The position numbers and the translations under genes were made by a program. Shown here piece by piece: positions 1 to 12,638 of a DNA stretch of 64,000 nucleotides. This stretch comes from Octopus sinensis (lineage: Eukaryota): the NCBI RefSeq assembly GCF_006345805.1, contig NC_043009.1, positions 64,046,001-64,110,000 of the forward strand, written 5' to 3'. Positions within the stretch are counted from its first letter, which is position 1, and each line of letters opens with the position of its first letter. The notes under the pieces were generated by a model. It had not been told where the DNA came from and searched no databases. It was given only the letters and a program-made list of their open reading frames with translations.

Positions 1-423
1 GTGCCACCGGCATGAGGGCCAGTCAGGTGGTACTGGCAACAGCCACGCTCAAATGGTGTTTTTTACGTGCCACCTGCACAGGAACCAGTCCAGCGGCACT
101 AGCAACAACCTCACTCGAATGTTTTCTAACGTGCCAGTAAGGCAACGCTGGTAATGATCACGCTTGAATGGTGCTTTTTACTTGCCTTCATCACAGAAGC
201 CAGTTAGCTGCTCTGCAAAGATCACACTCGGATGGTGCTCTTAGCGCTCATCTAGCACGGATGCCAGTCATCGAATTTGATTTCGATTTCACTTGCCTCA
301 ACAGGTCTTCACAAGCAGAGTTACATGTCTAATGAAGGAAAGGTACACATAAGTGGACTGGTTACACCCCTGGCATAGGCCACGAGGTTATGGTCTCACT
401 TGGCTTGCTGGGTCTTCTCAAGC
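1..423 (-). mobile_element. RTE-clade LINE 3' UTR fragment with internal tandem subrepeats
   Basis: Same sequence family as the segment that continues the RTE ORF end at 5579-6448 (gtgccacc..., cacttgcctcaacaggtcttc). Confidence 0.6.
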
Positions 424-664
424 TGTCAAAGTTTACCATATACCTTACCACAAATTTCATACTTGACAACCCAATAGTATTTACATTTGGCATAAGCCCA
501 TAACCCTTCCACATAAATTTTCGTTTCGTCAAGACTATTGAAAAGGTTGCAAGACGCAACGAAAATTTTAGGAAAATAAAAATGAGAAATAAGTGGAAAT
601 TTTACCAGTGAGTGTGTAACATTATAAGGCACAAAAAGAAAATGACTCTCCCCAGACACAACAG

Positions 665-704
<40 letters not shown>

Positions 705-1082
705 TTCACACACACACCACTGAACTTGTAATGAAAATTACACAGTTATGTTTCGAAAACATTTCACCCAATCAAATTTAAATGCTTATTCGTTGATTTA
801 AATTATATCACATAACATTAATGTACCTGTACAATCATGATTTAAATTCAGTATTCATTGCAGCTGTCTGACGGATGGGAATGTGAAACTCTTGAGTATC
901 AGTTCTGTGACAATTTTGCAGCTTTAATAAAAAGTATATATATATAAAATTGTAGTGATGTGTGACTGGTTAGCTGAAAATTTACTTCTACAATTTATAG
1001 AAATGAAATAAAATTTCTGCTATAAAATCTCTATTGTTTAAATATTCTCTATATCTTACACTGTTTCTCTTATTATTTTCAG

Positions 1083-1465
1083 GATACTAGCTGACATAAA
1101 AATTATATTTACATCAGAAGCATCCTCAATATTTATCATCTTTTCAAGGCAAAGGAATATGTTATACAGAAGAAATATAACCATGCTTATATAAGTCTGG
1201 TGAATTATGGCGAAATATTGCTTCTGACTAAAATTATTAACATTTGTGTAATTCACTGTCTGGAATTAGTACAAAATAATTTTGCATTCTAAATAGACTC
1301 AGATAAATTTATAAAGGTCTTTGCAGTTTGATAGACATATAGCAGAAGGAATATTTGTTAGAAATAAATTATATAAAAGGAAAACAAGCAACATATATAC
1401 TGTGGTGTGAGAAGAAAAGTTTTTTGGTTAAATGAGTTGAAAGATTGAGTTTTTATCCCGAAGAA
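1083..1465 (+). other. Putative 5' UTR part of the ZNF-1 terminal exon, paralogous to 11019-11456
   Basis: A pyrimidine tract followed by ttcAG|gatac occurs at 1082 and at 11018, and the downstream ~400 nt align between the paralogues. An alternative acceptor just before the ATG cannot be excluded. Confidence 0.5.
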
Positions 1466-2452
1466 ATGGCAAAAAACTTAGCAAAGTCTTCATATGAATG
1501 TGATATCTGTAAAAAGTCATTCACTACAAAAGGCCATCTTACTACTCATGTACGTATTCATACAGGAGAGAAACCATATCACTGTGATATCTGTGGGAAG
1601 TCATTCAATCAGAATGGTGAATTAACTATTCATAAACGTCTTCATACGGGAGAGAAACCATATCAGTGTGATATCTGTGGTCAATCATTCACTCGTAAAG
1701 ATATTTTAACTACACACAGACGTATTCACACAGGAGAGAAACCATATCAGTGTGATATGTGCTGTAAATCCTTCTCTAAAAGTACTAACTTAACCGATCA
1801 CAAACGCATTCATACCGGAGAAAAGCCATACCAATGTGATTTCTGCGGTAAATCATTCAATCAAAATAACCAGTTAATTAAACACAAGCGTATTCATACG
1901 GGAGAAAAGCCTTATCACTGTGATATCTGTGACAAATCATTCTCTCGAAATGATGAATTAATTGCTCACAAACACATTCATACAGGTGAGAAGCCTTATC
2001 AGTGTGATACCTGTGGTAAGTCATACCCTCGAAATAATCAATTAACTACCCACAAGCGCACCCATACTGGAGAAAAACGGTTTCATTGCGATATTTGTGG
2101 TAAAGCATTCTCTCATAGTAACGTTTTAAAGGGACACAAACGCATTCATACTGGGGAGAAGCCCTATCACTGTGATATCTGTGACAAATCCTTCTCACGA
2201 AATGATGAATTAACCATTCACAAACATGTTCATACAGGAGAGAAACCGTATCAGTGTGACATGTGTATTAAGTCATACCGTCGCAAAAACCAATTAACTG
2301 CTCACAGACGTATTCATACAGGAGAAAATCCATATCGTTGTGACAACTGTGGTAAATCATTCTCTCACAGTGGTCGGTTAGCTAAGCACAAATGTAACAG
2401 TGTAAGAGAAAAACTATATCACCGGAATATTTGTGGTAAATCATTCTCTTAA
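1466..2452 (+). CDS. C2H2 zinc-finger protein (ZNF-1): 10 canonical fingers with TGEKP-type linkers, one C2HC-type terminal finger and a truncated remnant; no KRAB/SCAN domain
   Basis: ORF 1445-2452 contains repeated CxxC-x12-HxxxH-TGEKP units. First ATG is at 1466, with an in-frame stop upstream at 1433, so this is a single coding exon. Confidence 0.93.
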   Translation: MAKNLAKSSYECDICKKSFTTKGHLTTHVRIHTGEKPYHCDICGKSFNQNGELTIHKRLHTGEKPYQCDICGQSFTRKDILTTHRRIHTGEKPYQCDMCCKSFSKSTNLTDHKRIHTGEKPYQCDFCGKSFNQNNQLIKHKRIHTGEKPYHCDICDKSFSRNDELIAHKHIHTGEKPYQCDTCGKSYPRNNQLTTHKRTHTGEKRFHCDICGKAFSHSNVLKGHKRIHTGEKPYHCDICDKSFSRNDELTIHKHVHTGEKPYQCDMCIKSYRRKNQLTAHRRIHTGENPYRCDNCGKSFSHSGRLAKHKCNSVREKLYHRNICGKSFS

Positions 2453-2659
2453 ACATGACAATTATTCCCATCTGTATTCTTACATGAAAGAAAACACATC
2501 ACTTTGTTATTTGTACTCTCTCTTCATACTATAATTGGATCTAATTATATTTTATATTCAACTGAACTGTATATATATATATTTTTTATGTATTCTCGTA
2601 TATTCTTGTTTTGTTATTTTTTTTATGCATTCTTGTTTTGTTATTTTTTTTATGCATTG

Positions 2660-3012
2660 ACAGAGTGGCCAACCGGCTTCCGTGCCAGTGGCACTTAAAA
2701 GACACCATCCGAGCATGACCGTTACCAGCATCGCCTTACTGGCACCTGTGCTGGTAGCATGTGTAAAAGATTCGAGCGAGGTCGTTGCCAGTACCGCCTG
2801 ACTGGCACTCATGCCGGTGGCACATAAAAACACCCACTACACTCGGAGTGGTTGGCGTTAGGAAGGGCTTCCAGCTGTAGAAACTCTGCCAGATCAAGAT
2901 TGAAGCCTGGTGCAGCCATCTGGTTCGCCAGCCCTCAGTCAAATCGTCCAACCCATGGAAAGCAGACGTTAAACTGCATGGAAAGCAGATGTTAAACAAT
3001 GATGATGATGAT
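2660..3012 (+). mobile_element. RTE-clade LINE 3' end (or RTE-tailed short element) ending in (GAT)n
   Basis: Contains ttaggaagggc...caacccatggaaagc...gttaaac-(gat)n. The same tail recurs at 4215-4625, 4690-4920, 6525-6712, 12703-12885 (-) and 13790-13910 (-). Confidence 0.7.
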
Positions 3013-5526
3013 TCCATCAGATGACTAATTTTATTTGTAATATGAACAGTTTTATCTATGGTCCCTTCATGACTGTATTGTGACACTAAATATTAATTTG
3101 TCAATGTAGCGTTAAACTTTAAATAAATGCAAGGTGTTTAGAGTAATCTTTGAATTATCCTTAACGGTGTTTTTTTGCCCGTTGTATACAGGTATGTATT
3201 GGTTGACGTGAGACAAGTCAGAGGCTGTCCAAGGACAAGATATTTCCCATTTTCAGATACTGTTAAAATGTGCTTTTCACATTTTCTTAAAATACATATT
3301 GGGGTATCGAAACTTACGTGTGTGGTGTCTCTCAAGAACAATCAACACAGCAACACAAATGTTGCATATAAGAAATTCCAGTTTTCAGAAGCGGAATAAC
3401 TGAATTTCCGGAAATTGTATTTGTTACTTTGGGAATTTTCAAAACTTTGATGTTTTGGTTGGGCAACATTTCTCATTCAATCACACTCAGTGCAAATGTT
3501 TTTCAGTAAGAATGTGCACATCCTAACATTTACAGTTGTATTTAACCATGTTTTGGGTGAAATGAATATTATTTGAACTGATAATAATAATAATAATAGT
3601 GACAACAGTAATAATAAGAATGACAGTAATGATGATGATAATAATAATAATAATCCTTCCTACTGAAGGCACAAGGTCTGAAATTTTGGAGGAGAGGACT
3701 AATTGATTACATCGACCCCAGTGTTTCACTGGTACTTCTTATATTGATCCCCAAAATGTTTCTGGTTTCTGAAACAATTATTTTTATGATGAATTACTTC
3801 TCAGTAAATGCAAAACAAGGAAGACATTTTTTAACGTTAAAAAGAAAGCCTTAAGTCCTTAACTGGGAACATTTTACAATAAATAGAAGTGAATGGAGTT
3901 ATGTAACCAGGAAGCATTGACTGCAATTTAAGACAAATCAAATTACACATAAAATTATGACACGAATGATGAAAAAATTCCAAGATGCTATGGATCCAGA
4001 AGTGATTTCACTTGCCCTGCCTATAATCAATTTGGTTCTTTCAAAAGCTGATTTTGTTACACAAGATAAAATGCAATGTGTTTATATGCATGAAGTTTTG
4101 TTAACCCTCTCTGAGTATTCCTTTTGTTTATGCTCAAAGATGAGCACATTAGCTGCTGAGTCACTTTGGATAGATTGCTCAGTGGTTATGGTACACTGTT
4201 ACTGTTTGTGGTTATATAGCTTCACTGAGGAAATGACGAAAGACTGGGAAACGTGGGATTTGCTGTTCTTGATAAGACATATCAAGCTAAGTAAAACCAC
4301 TGTCTTCCATATATACAGGTTTGTCCTTTCAGGTGTTGTTGCCACTTAAAAAGCACCTGTGCAGGTATTGTGTTGATGCACCTGTGCAGGTGCCACTTAA
4401 AAAGCACATGTGCAGGTGTTGTGTTGATGCATCTGTGCTGGTGCCACTTAAAAACACCTGTGCAGGTGTTGTGTTGACGCAACTGTGCTGGTGACACATA
4501 AAAATCACCCAGCACACTCTACTAAGCAATTGGTGTTAGGAAGGGCATCCAGCCATACCATCTCCATGTCAAACTGTCCAACTCATACCAGCACGGAAAG
4601 CGGATGTTAAACAATGATGATGAAACTGATTTTTAAGAGACTCCCAAGAAGAATCACCTCTGTAATTGTTTGTATAAAACATACACACAGGTCGTTGCCA
4701 GTGCCGCCTGACTGGCTCCCTGTGCTGGTGGCATGTAAAAAGTACCTGTTACACTTTCGGAGTGGCTGGCATTAGGAAGGGCATTCACCTGTAGAAACAT
4801 TGCCAAATCAGAATGGAGCCTGGTGTGGCCTTCTGGCTTGCCAGTCTCCATTCAAACTGTCCAACCCATGCCAGCATGAAAAACGGGCGTTAAACGATGT
4901 TGATGATGATGATGATGATACATATTGCTGTCTTATCAAAGGTAGGTGTGGAGACATGAACCTTAGTGATCAGAGTGTTGAACTGATAATCGTAAGGTTG
5001 TGGTTTCAATTCCTGGACCGGGTGATGCATTGTGCCCTTGAGCAAAACGCTTCATTTCATGTTGCTTCAGCTCACTCCACTGGCAAAAATGAGTTACCCT
5101 GTGATGGATTAGCGTCCCATCCTTGTGGGGAATATATACACCATGGGAACCAGGAAACTGACCTTTATGAGTCTATGCGACCCGGGAAGGAACTTTATCA
5201 AAGGTAGGACCAAGTTTAAAATAGGAAATAATATAATAGAACCATTAATGCTTCCTAATGAAGTTATTGTTTCATATATAGATAAGTTGAAAGAAACTTG
5301 TTCTGTATGTGTGTGTATTTGTATCTGTGTATGTTCTCTACCGCTGTTTGACAACTGGTGTTGGTTTGGTTACATCCCCATAACTTAGCAGTTCAGCAAA
5401 AGAGGTTGATAGAATAAGTACTAGGTTTAAAAGAAAAATAGTCCTGGGGTCAATTCATTCTTTCACCTAAAAATCAGCATGCCTGCAGTCTAATGACTGA
5501 AACAGGTAAAAGATATATACATATAT

Positions 5527-5578
<52 letters not shown>

Positions 5579-5581
<3 letters not shown>

Positions 5582-6448
5582 CATCATCATCACCGTTTAA
5601 TGTCTGTTTTCCATGTATTGGTGTTAGGAAGGGCATCCAGCCATATCAGCTGGATTGGACGGTTCAACCGGGGTCTGGGAAGCCAGGAGGCTGCACCAGG
5701 CTCCAGTCTGATCTGGTGGTGTTTCTACAGCTGGATGCCCTTCCTAACGCCAACCACTCCGTGTAGTAGGTGCTTTTTATGTGCACAGGGGCCAGCGGAG
5801 GCTGGCAACGTCCACGATTGGCTGGTGCTTTTTACGTTCAACTGGCACAGATGCCAGTCAAGGCGGCGCTGGCATCGGCTATGTTTGGACGGTATTTTTT
5901 TTGTGCCACCGGCACGGGTATCACAACTACAATTTCCATTTGATTTTTATTTTGATGTTGATGTACTTGACTCAATAGGTCTCCTCGAGCACAGCGGGTC
6001 ACTCTACGATCCAAGGTAAGCATGGCAGGCCGTCCTGCGAGCCATGAACTTACGTTATTTGTCAGGTCTTCGCTGTCACAGCATATCTCCAGAGGTCTCA
6101 GTCTTTCGTCATTGCCTCTGTGAGGCTCAAAGTATGAAGGTCATGCTTGACCACCTCGTCCTATGTCTTCCTGGGTCTACCTCTACTCCGGATTCCTTCA
6201 ACAGTTTGGGATTGGCACTTCTTCACACATCCCTCCTCATCCATCTGTAGTACATGACCATACCAATGAAAACGTCTCTCCTGTGCGCTGCATCCGATGC
6301 TTTTTATGTCCAACATTTCTCTCAAGGCGCTTACACTCTGTCGTGCATGGACGCTGACATTACACATCCAGCAGATCATGCTAGCTTCATTTCTTTCAAG
6401 CCTATGCATGTCCTCTGTAGTCACAGCCCATGTTTCACTGCCGTTTAG
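5579..6448 (-). mobile_element. 5'-truncated RTE-clade LINE: ORF2 C-terminus, 3' UTR and (GAT)n tail
   Basis: Minus ORF 6161-6424 reads ...SALREML...ERRFHWYGHVLQMDE...VEGIRSRGRPRKT, typical of an RTE ORF2 C-terminus. It is followed by the 3' UTR and catcatcat at about 5580. Confidence 0.85.
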
Positions 6449-8736
6449 TTAAGACACCATTTTCAGAAAACAATTTTGCTCAGATATCACAGTAATACAG
6501 AATGTTGCCTGTATGAATAGGCCTTTAGAGTGCTGGTGTCACGTAAAAAGCACCCAGTCTGTTCTGTAAGGTGGTTAGTGTTAGAAAGAGCATCCACCCA
6601 TGAAAACTCTGCCAAAATAGACAGTGAAGCCTGGTGCAGGTTTCTGCCTAGTCAGACCTTGTCAAAGCGTCCAACCCATGTTAAAACAGATGTTAAATGA
6701 TGATGGTGATGTTTAGTAAATTCACTTTTTTGAGGCAATGATTTATAATCGATATCATAGTCGCAAGGATGGCTGTGTGATAAAAAGTTTACTTCTCACC
6801 GACATGGTTCTGGGTTCAGTCCTACTATGTGACATCTTAGGCAAGTATCTTCTTCTGTAACCTTGGACAGACCAAAGCTTTGTGAATGGATTTGATAGAA
6901 GGAAACTGAAAGAAACCTGTTGTGTCTGAGTGTGCATGTGTTTGAGTCTTCATGTGATAGTTGTAAACGAGCGTCACCATCATACAAGCAGGGTCATTCA
7001 TATCCAATAGTCTGCAAGAGAACATGTCTCTAACCATGAGGAAATAACACCTAGCTTGGAAACAGATAAGGGTTGGTGAGAGGAAGGGCATTTGCCTCAA
7101 ATAAACCCCGTGCAACCCATGCAAGCATGTAAAGAGGACTTTAAATGATGGTTAGGATTATAATGATGTGGATACCTCCATATGGATATGTTTGCGATTG
7201 GTCAAGACACCTCTTTCAGATTTTTTTCTCAGATATTACCCATAGGATTCAGTTTTGTATGTGTGTGTGTGTATGTGTGTATTTATACATGATAGAATAT
7301 AGTTTTAAATTTCAGGCTGAACGGTATGATGTGAGGGAAATTAGGCTGCTATTTCTAGCAAGTTGTGCTACTTCATAGTGGAACCATTGCTGCAACGTAA
7401 TTGTTTAGCCCCAGAAACGACACGATCAAACAGACTTATGATTTTCTTTTGATGTCGTGGCTAAGCTGCATTGGTTGCTTTCAGTCAATACACGACACCA
7501 GTTCTATAGCCAAGCTGTTACCGAAGTGACTACGAAACTGCGGTTAACAATAAATCTCTAAACATGTCCAAATATTCCTTTTCTTTGTGTTGTTGCTTCT
7601 TCTCTCCTGGGTCCACCGTTACCAATTCCAATTCAAAGGATCGAACTTCAGTGTTGTTAATCGAATTTATCGACGATAAACGAAAGCAAAAGAAGTGAGT
7701 ATTCTCGAGGCAAAGTTTTGAAATATCTCATTGGGGGGAGAAAAAGCATTTATAAACTGGGGCGGTTTTTCTTTTAATAGTATCGTTGTATTTCATACAA
7801 AAGAAATTACGATTCTTTGGAATTCTATCCGAAAATTCCAGTTTTTCTTAATTCTGCTCCTCTTCTTCTTGTGTCCGTTTCCCTCCCCATGGCATCTATT
7901 CAGAAACTATTTAGTTTTCAGTATTTCATTTTCTTTTTTTTAAATATATTCCCTCCTACATCAATCCCTACATTTCTTGCCCGTCCATAGCAACACGAAG
8001 TTCAGCGAATAGAAATGTCTATTTACTCCTTTTACACATTTCGAGCCTGGTCATTTTCCCGACGGGGTGGGGTTCTGGTCTTGTATTCTTTTCTACTTAC
8101 CAATACTTCATTCGATGCAGTTCTGGACAGAGGTAAAGAATACGTACACCATCCGTTTTCGACGTAACAAAAACCCTAACTATAACCCTAAACCCCAAAC
8201 CTTAACCCTACCCACCGGGTGTACGTAACTCTTATTTTTTGAATTTTCGGAATACCTTTGCGAATTTGTGTTCTATGCACTAGACATCGTACGATTATGC
8301 AAAAAAAAAAAAAATTATAACCCCTCCCCCCACCAAACCATAAAACTTCTCTTTTTTCCAATTTAAAAAAGGAAAAAAATTCAGTTTTAAACCACGGACA
8401 ATCCAAATCTGCCATTTGTCTTTAACTAGTTCCTTTGATTTAAGGGAGATTTAGCTGTTGTTTCTAGCACACCCCACAACCTCCTGGTACCTTTCTCGTT
8501 TATTTGTCACGTTGACGTATTAATGTTCTTCGATTTTTTTTCTTGCTGTAAACACATTTAATGGAATGATGATGTGGAAGTAACTCACGGTTTTGTTTAG
8601 CTCAAGAGTGGTCCATTGCTGGGATTTAAACAAAAAAAATTAATTTGAATTTCTACTTCTCCCCTCCCCCCAGCCTGCACCAAGAGACTGTGTGTGGTGT
8701 CAGAAAAAAAAAAACATTTACTCAGATGAAACTATG

Positions 8737-9135
8737 CTCTTACTCTTTTACTCGTTTCAGTCATTTGACTGCGGCCATGCTGGAGCACCGCCTTTAATCG
8801 AGCAACTCGACCCCGGGACTTATTCTTTTGTAAGCCCAGTACTTATTCTATCGGTCTCTTTTGACGAACCGCCAGGTAACGGGGACATAAACACACCAGC
8901 ATCGGTTGTCAAACAATGCTAGGGGGACAAACACAAACACACACACACACATATATATATACATACATATATACGACGGGCTTCTTTCAGTTTCCGTCTA
9001 CCAAATCCACTCACAAGGCTTTGGTCGGCCCGAGGCTATAGTACAATACACTTGCCTAAGGTGCCACGCAGTGGGACTGAACCCGGGACCATGTGGTTGG
9101 TGAACAAGCTACTTACCACACAGCCACTGCTGCTA
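8737..9135 (-). mobile_element. tRNA-headed SINE family 1 (Octopus-type) with internal TA/CA microsatellite
   Basis: Head ggcgcaggagtggctgtgtggtaag...ggttcagtccc (A/B box-like) and tail gctccagcatggccgcagtcaaatgactgaaac-(aagagt)n. Further copies at 19975-20356 (-), 22982-23405 (+), 23759-24358 (+), 56020-56460 (-), 59645-60058 (-), 60800-60990 (-) and 62183-62432 (+). Confidence 0.88.
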
Positions 9136-9512
9136 TTAAAATAAATTATTTTTTACATAATTTTATAAAATCATTGTCCCAGCGATAACCTTTTCTAACT
9201 TTCCAATACTGGCGTGATCAATATGGGTTAAGTCTAATTTGAGCATTTGTAAGGATCCGTGGGGTGGGGGTGGGGGTGAAAAAAGTTTTAACCAAAAATT
9301 TTTGTTTTTTCATAATCATACAAGATAGAGTTTGCAAAGCACAAATTTACAAAAATTTTCAGAAAATATCAAAAACTAGAGAAGTAATGATTGGTTTATG
9401 TGGTTTGTTTCTATCCAGAATCGATGATACGTTATTTGCATGCGCAAATTGTTTTAATTTTTTGAATTTGGATTTTAAATTATTTTGAAATTATAAACTA
9501 TTATTTCAAATT

Positions 9513-9900
9513 GGATGGAAGCACTCCGTCGGTTACGACGATGAGGGTTCCGGTTGATCCGAATCAACGGAACAGCCTGCTCGTGAAATTAACGTGTAAG
9601 TGGCTGAGCACTCCACAGCCACGTGCACCCTTAACGTAGTTCTCGGGGATATTCAGCGTGACACAGAGAGTGACAAGGCCGGCCCCTTGAATACAGGTAC
9701 AACAGAAACAGGAAGTAAGAGTGAGAGAAAGTTGTGGTGAAAGAGTACAGCAGGGATCACCACCATCCCCTGCCAGAGCCTCGTGGAGCTTTTAGGTGTT
9801 TTCGCTCAATAAACACTCACAACGCCCGGTCTGGGAATCGAAACCGTGATCCTATGACCGCGAGTCCGCTGCCCTAACCACTGGGCCATTGCGCCTCCAC
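9513..9900 (-). mobile_element. tRNA-headed SINE family 2, full length, with ~12-bp target-site duplication
   Basis: Head ggaggcgcaatggcccagtggttagggcagcggactcgcgg...tttcgattccc; TSD ttattt(c/g)aaatt. Other copies at 14844-15218 (-), 24545-24877 (+), 27464-27840 (+), 34300-34492 (-), 46967-47270 (+), 58688-58975 (-) and 63834-64000 (+). Confidence 0.9.
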
Positions 9901-11456
9901 TTATTTGAAATTATAGGTAGTGGGGCTCCGAAATGGGTCTCAGGGAGTAGCATCCCTGCCTTCCTGAGCTAGTTTTCCACCACATTTCTTAAAAATCGTG
10001 GTAGGGGCCTTGGTCTCGGGACAGCTCATGTCTAGAAACTGAGTCTGGGGGTAAGCAAGTGCATGCTCCCTGTAGAAAATCCAGCTCCAAAAAATGCCTC
10101 ATGATATCAAAGGAGAATGGGCACCAGCCAGACCGAAGGTTGGGGTGGGATGCACCTGCCTACCCCAATTGCTATGGCATTGAAGTAGAGCTGGCCACCC
10201 CTATTAATGGGGACAAAACCCAGATTTAAAATACCAGATTATGATGAAACAAACAAATGGCAGATTCGGGTTGTCTATAATTTAATACTGTGATTAAAAA
10301 ATAAATTTCGAAAAATGTGGAAATTTTAGGATTTATAGGGTGAGAGTGGGAAAATAAAAAAATTAATTAAAAAAAAATAGATTTTTTTTTTTTTACATAC
10401 TGGTACAAGGTCCAGCGTGTAGAAGACAAATCTGCAAACATTTTCTGAAAATTCCTAAAAAGCCTAAAAGCTATGAGGAGTTATATGGTGTTCTTTAATA
10501 GGGGTAGGGTTTTATTTTTTTTCCTTACTTACTAATATTTTACTCTTTACTACATCCTGGAGCACCACTTTGAAAGATTTAGTTGAACAAATTGACCCCA
10601 GAACTTATTTTATTAAGTCTGGTACATATTCTGTGGGTGTCCTTTGCCATACTACTAAGTTATGGGATGTGAACAAACCAACAATGACTGTCAAGCAGTA
10701 GTGGGTGGGGGGAAACAGAAACATCCCCCGTCTCCCCACACACACTGTCGGCTTCTTCTCAGTTGGCGTCTGCCAAATCCACTCAAGGTTTCGGTTGGTC
10801 TTGGGCTGTAGCCGAAAACACTTTCCCAAGGTGCCACACAGTGGAACTGAACCAAGAATCTTGTAGTTAGGAAGTAAACATCTTACCACACAGCCATGCC
10901 TACACCTTAGTGGAGGAATTCAGATGTTCAAATAAAAGAAATGAAATTTCTGCTCTAGAATCTTTACACTTAAAATAAATGTCCTCTCCATCTTATTCTC
11001 TTTTTCTTACTGTTTCAGGATACTTGCTGACGTTGACATTAAAATATTATATTCACACCAGAGGAGTCTGTAGCATTTATCATCTTTTCAAGGCAAAGGA
11101 ATATGTTATACAGAAGAAATATAACCATGCTTATATAAATTTGGTGAATTGTGGTGAAAGGTTTCTTCTGGGTGAAAATATTAGCAACATTTGTGTAATT
11201 CACTGTCTGGAATAAGTACAAATTAATTTTAGATTCTAAATAGACTCTAGTTAAATTGAATTGATACAGGACTTGGCTGCATTTTCAGATGTTGGTAAAG
11301 ATCATGGTTGATAGAAATACAGCAGAAGGAATTTTTGTTACAAATACATTATAAAAAAAAAAAGGAAAATGAGAAGCGTGTCCATATATTCTGGTAAGAG
11401 AAGTAAAACTTTGGGTAAATGAATTAAAAGATTGGTTTTTCTTTCATTCTGAAGAG

Positions 11457-12638
11457 ATGGCAAAAGATTTTGGAAAGTCTTCATATGAATGTGATATCTG
11501 TGAAAAGTCATTCACGACAAAGAGTTACCTATCTGTTCACAAACGTCTTCATACAGGAGAAAAACCATATCTCTGTGAAACTTGTGGTAAAACATTCTCT
11601 CGGAATGATAAGTTAAATATTCACAAATGCATTAAGAGAAGAGAGAAGCAATATAATTTTTCTTTTACTAAAGAGATGACAAAAATGTTAGAGAACTCAT
11701 CCTATGAATGCTGCATCTGTAAAAAGACATTCACTACAAAAGGCCATCTTACTACTCACGTACGTATTCATACGGGAGAGAAACCATATCACTGTGATAT
11801 CTGTGGTAAAGCGTTCTCTCGAACTGATGAACTGACTACTCATAAACGTGTTCATACAGGAGAGAAACCATATGAATGTGATATCTGTGGCCAATCATTC
11901 ACTCGTAAAGATATTTTAACTACACACAGACGTATTCACACAGGAGAGAAACCATATCAGTGTGATATGTGCAGTAAATCATTTGCTAAAAGTACCAACT
12001 TGACCGATCACAAACGCATTCATACTGGAGAAAAACCATATCACTGTGATTTCTGTGGGAGATCATTTAATCAAAATAACCAATTAATTAAACACAAACG
12101 CATTCACACAGGAGAAAAGCCCTATCACTGTGATATCTGTGGTGAGTCATTCTCTCGAAATGATAAGTTAAATGTTCACAAACGCTCTCATACAGGAGAG
12201 AAACCATATCAGTGTGATATCTGTGGTAAATCATTCCCTCAAAATAGCGGCTTGACTAGACACAAACGTATTCATACTGGAGAAAAGCCATTTCATTGTG
12301 ATATTTGTGGTAAATCATTCCCTCGAAGTAACGCCTTAACTGCACACACACGTACTCATACTGGAGAAAAACCATATCATTGTGATATCTGTGGTAAAGC
12401 ATTTTCTCAAAGTCCTGCTGTAACTGTACACAAACGCATTCATACTGGGGAAAACCCATATCAATGTGATATCTGTGGTAAAGCTTTTTCTCAAAGTCCT
12501 GCTGTAGTTGTACACAGACGTATTCATACTGGGGAGAATCCATATTATTGTGATATCTGTGACAAATCATTTCCTCAGAGAAATTCCTTGATTGATCACA
12601 AACGTATTCATACTGAAGAAAATCTATTCCATTGTTGA
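11457..12638 (+). CDS. C2H2 zinc-finger protein (ZNF-2), 13 fingers (12 C2H2 plus one C2HC-type); tandem paralogue of ZNF-1
   Basis: 393-aa ORF with TGEKP linkers. Fingers 3,5,6,7 share recognition helices with ZNF-1 fingers 1,3,4,5 ([31 protein letters not shown]). Confidence 0.94.
   Translation: MAKDFGKSSYECDICEKSFTTKSYLSVHKRLHTGEKPYLCETCGKTFSRNDKLNIHKCIKRREKQYNFSFTKEMTKMLENSSYECCICKKTFTTKGHLTTHVRIHTGEKPYHCDICGKAFSRTDELTTHKRVHTGEKPYECDICGQSFTRKDILTTHRRIHTGEKPYQCDMCSKSFAKSTNLTDHKRIHTGEKPYHCDFCGRSFNQNNQLIKHKRIHTGEKPYHCDICGESFSRNDKLNVHKRSHTGEKPYQCDICGKSFPQNSGLTRHKRIHTGEKPFHCDICGKSFPRSNALTAHTRTHTGEKPYHCDICGKAFSQSPAVTVHKRIHTGENPYQCDICGKAFSQSPAVVVHRRIHTGENPYYCDICDKSFPQRNSLIDHKRIHTEENLFHC

Noticed and set aside
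3957-4349. 130-aa ORF between the ZNF genes
   Set aside because: Its 3' part is a decayed RTE ORF2 end (FTEEMTKDWETW); no recognisable domain or splice support for the rest.
8170-8212. Interstitial telomere
   Set aside because: Only about 5 degenerate TAACCC-like units embedded in an apparent transposon fragment.
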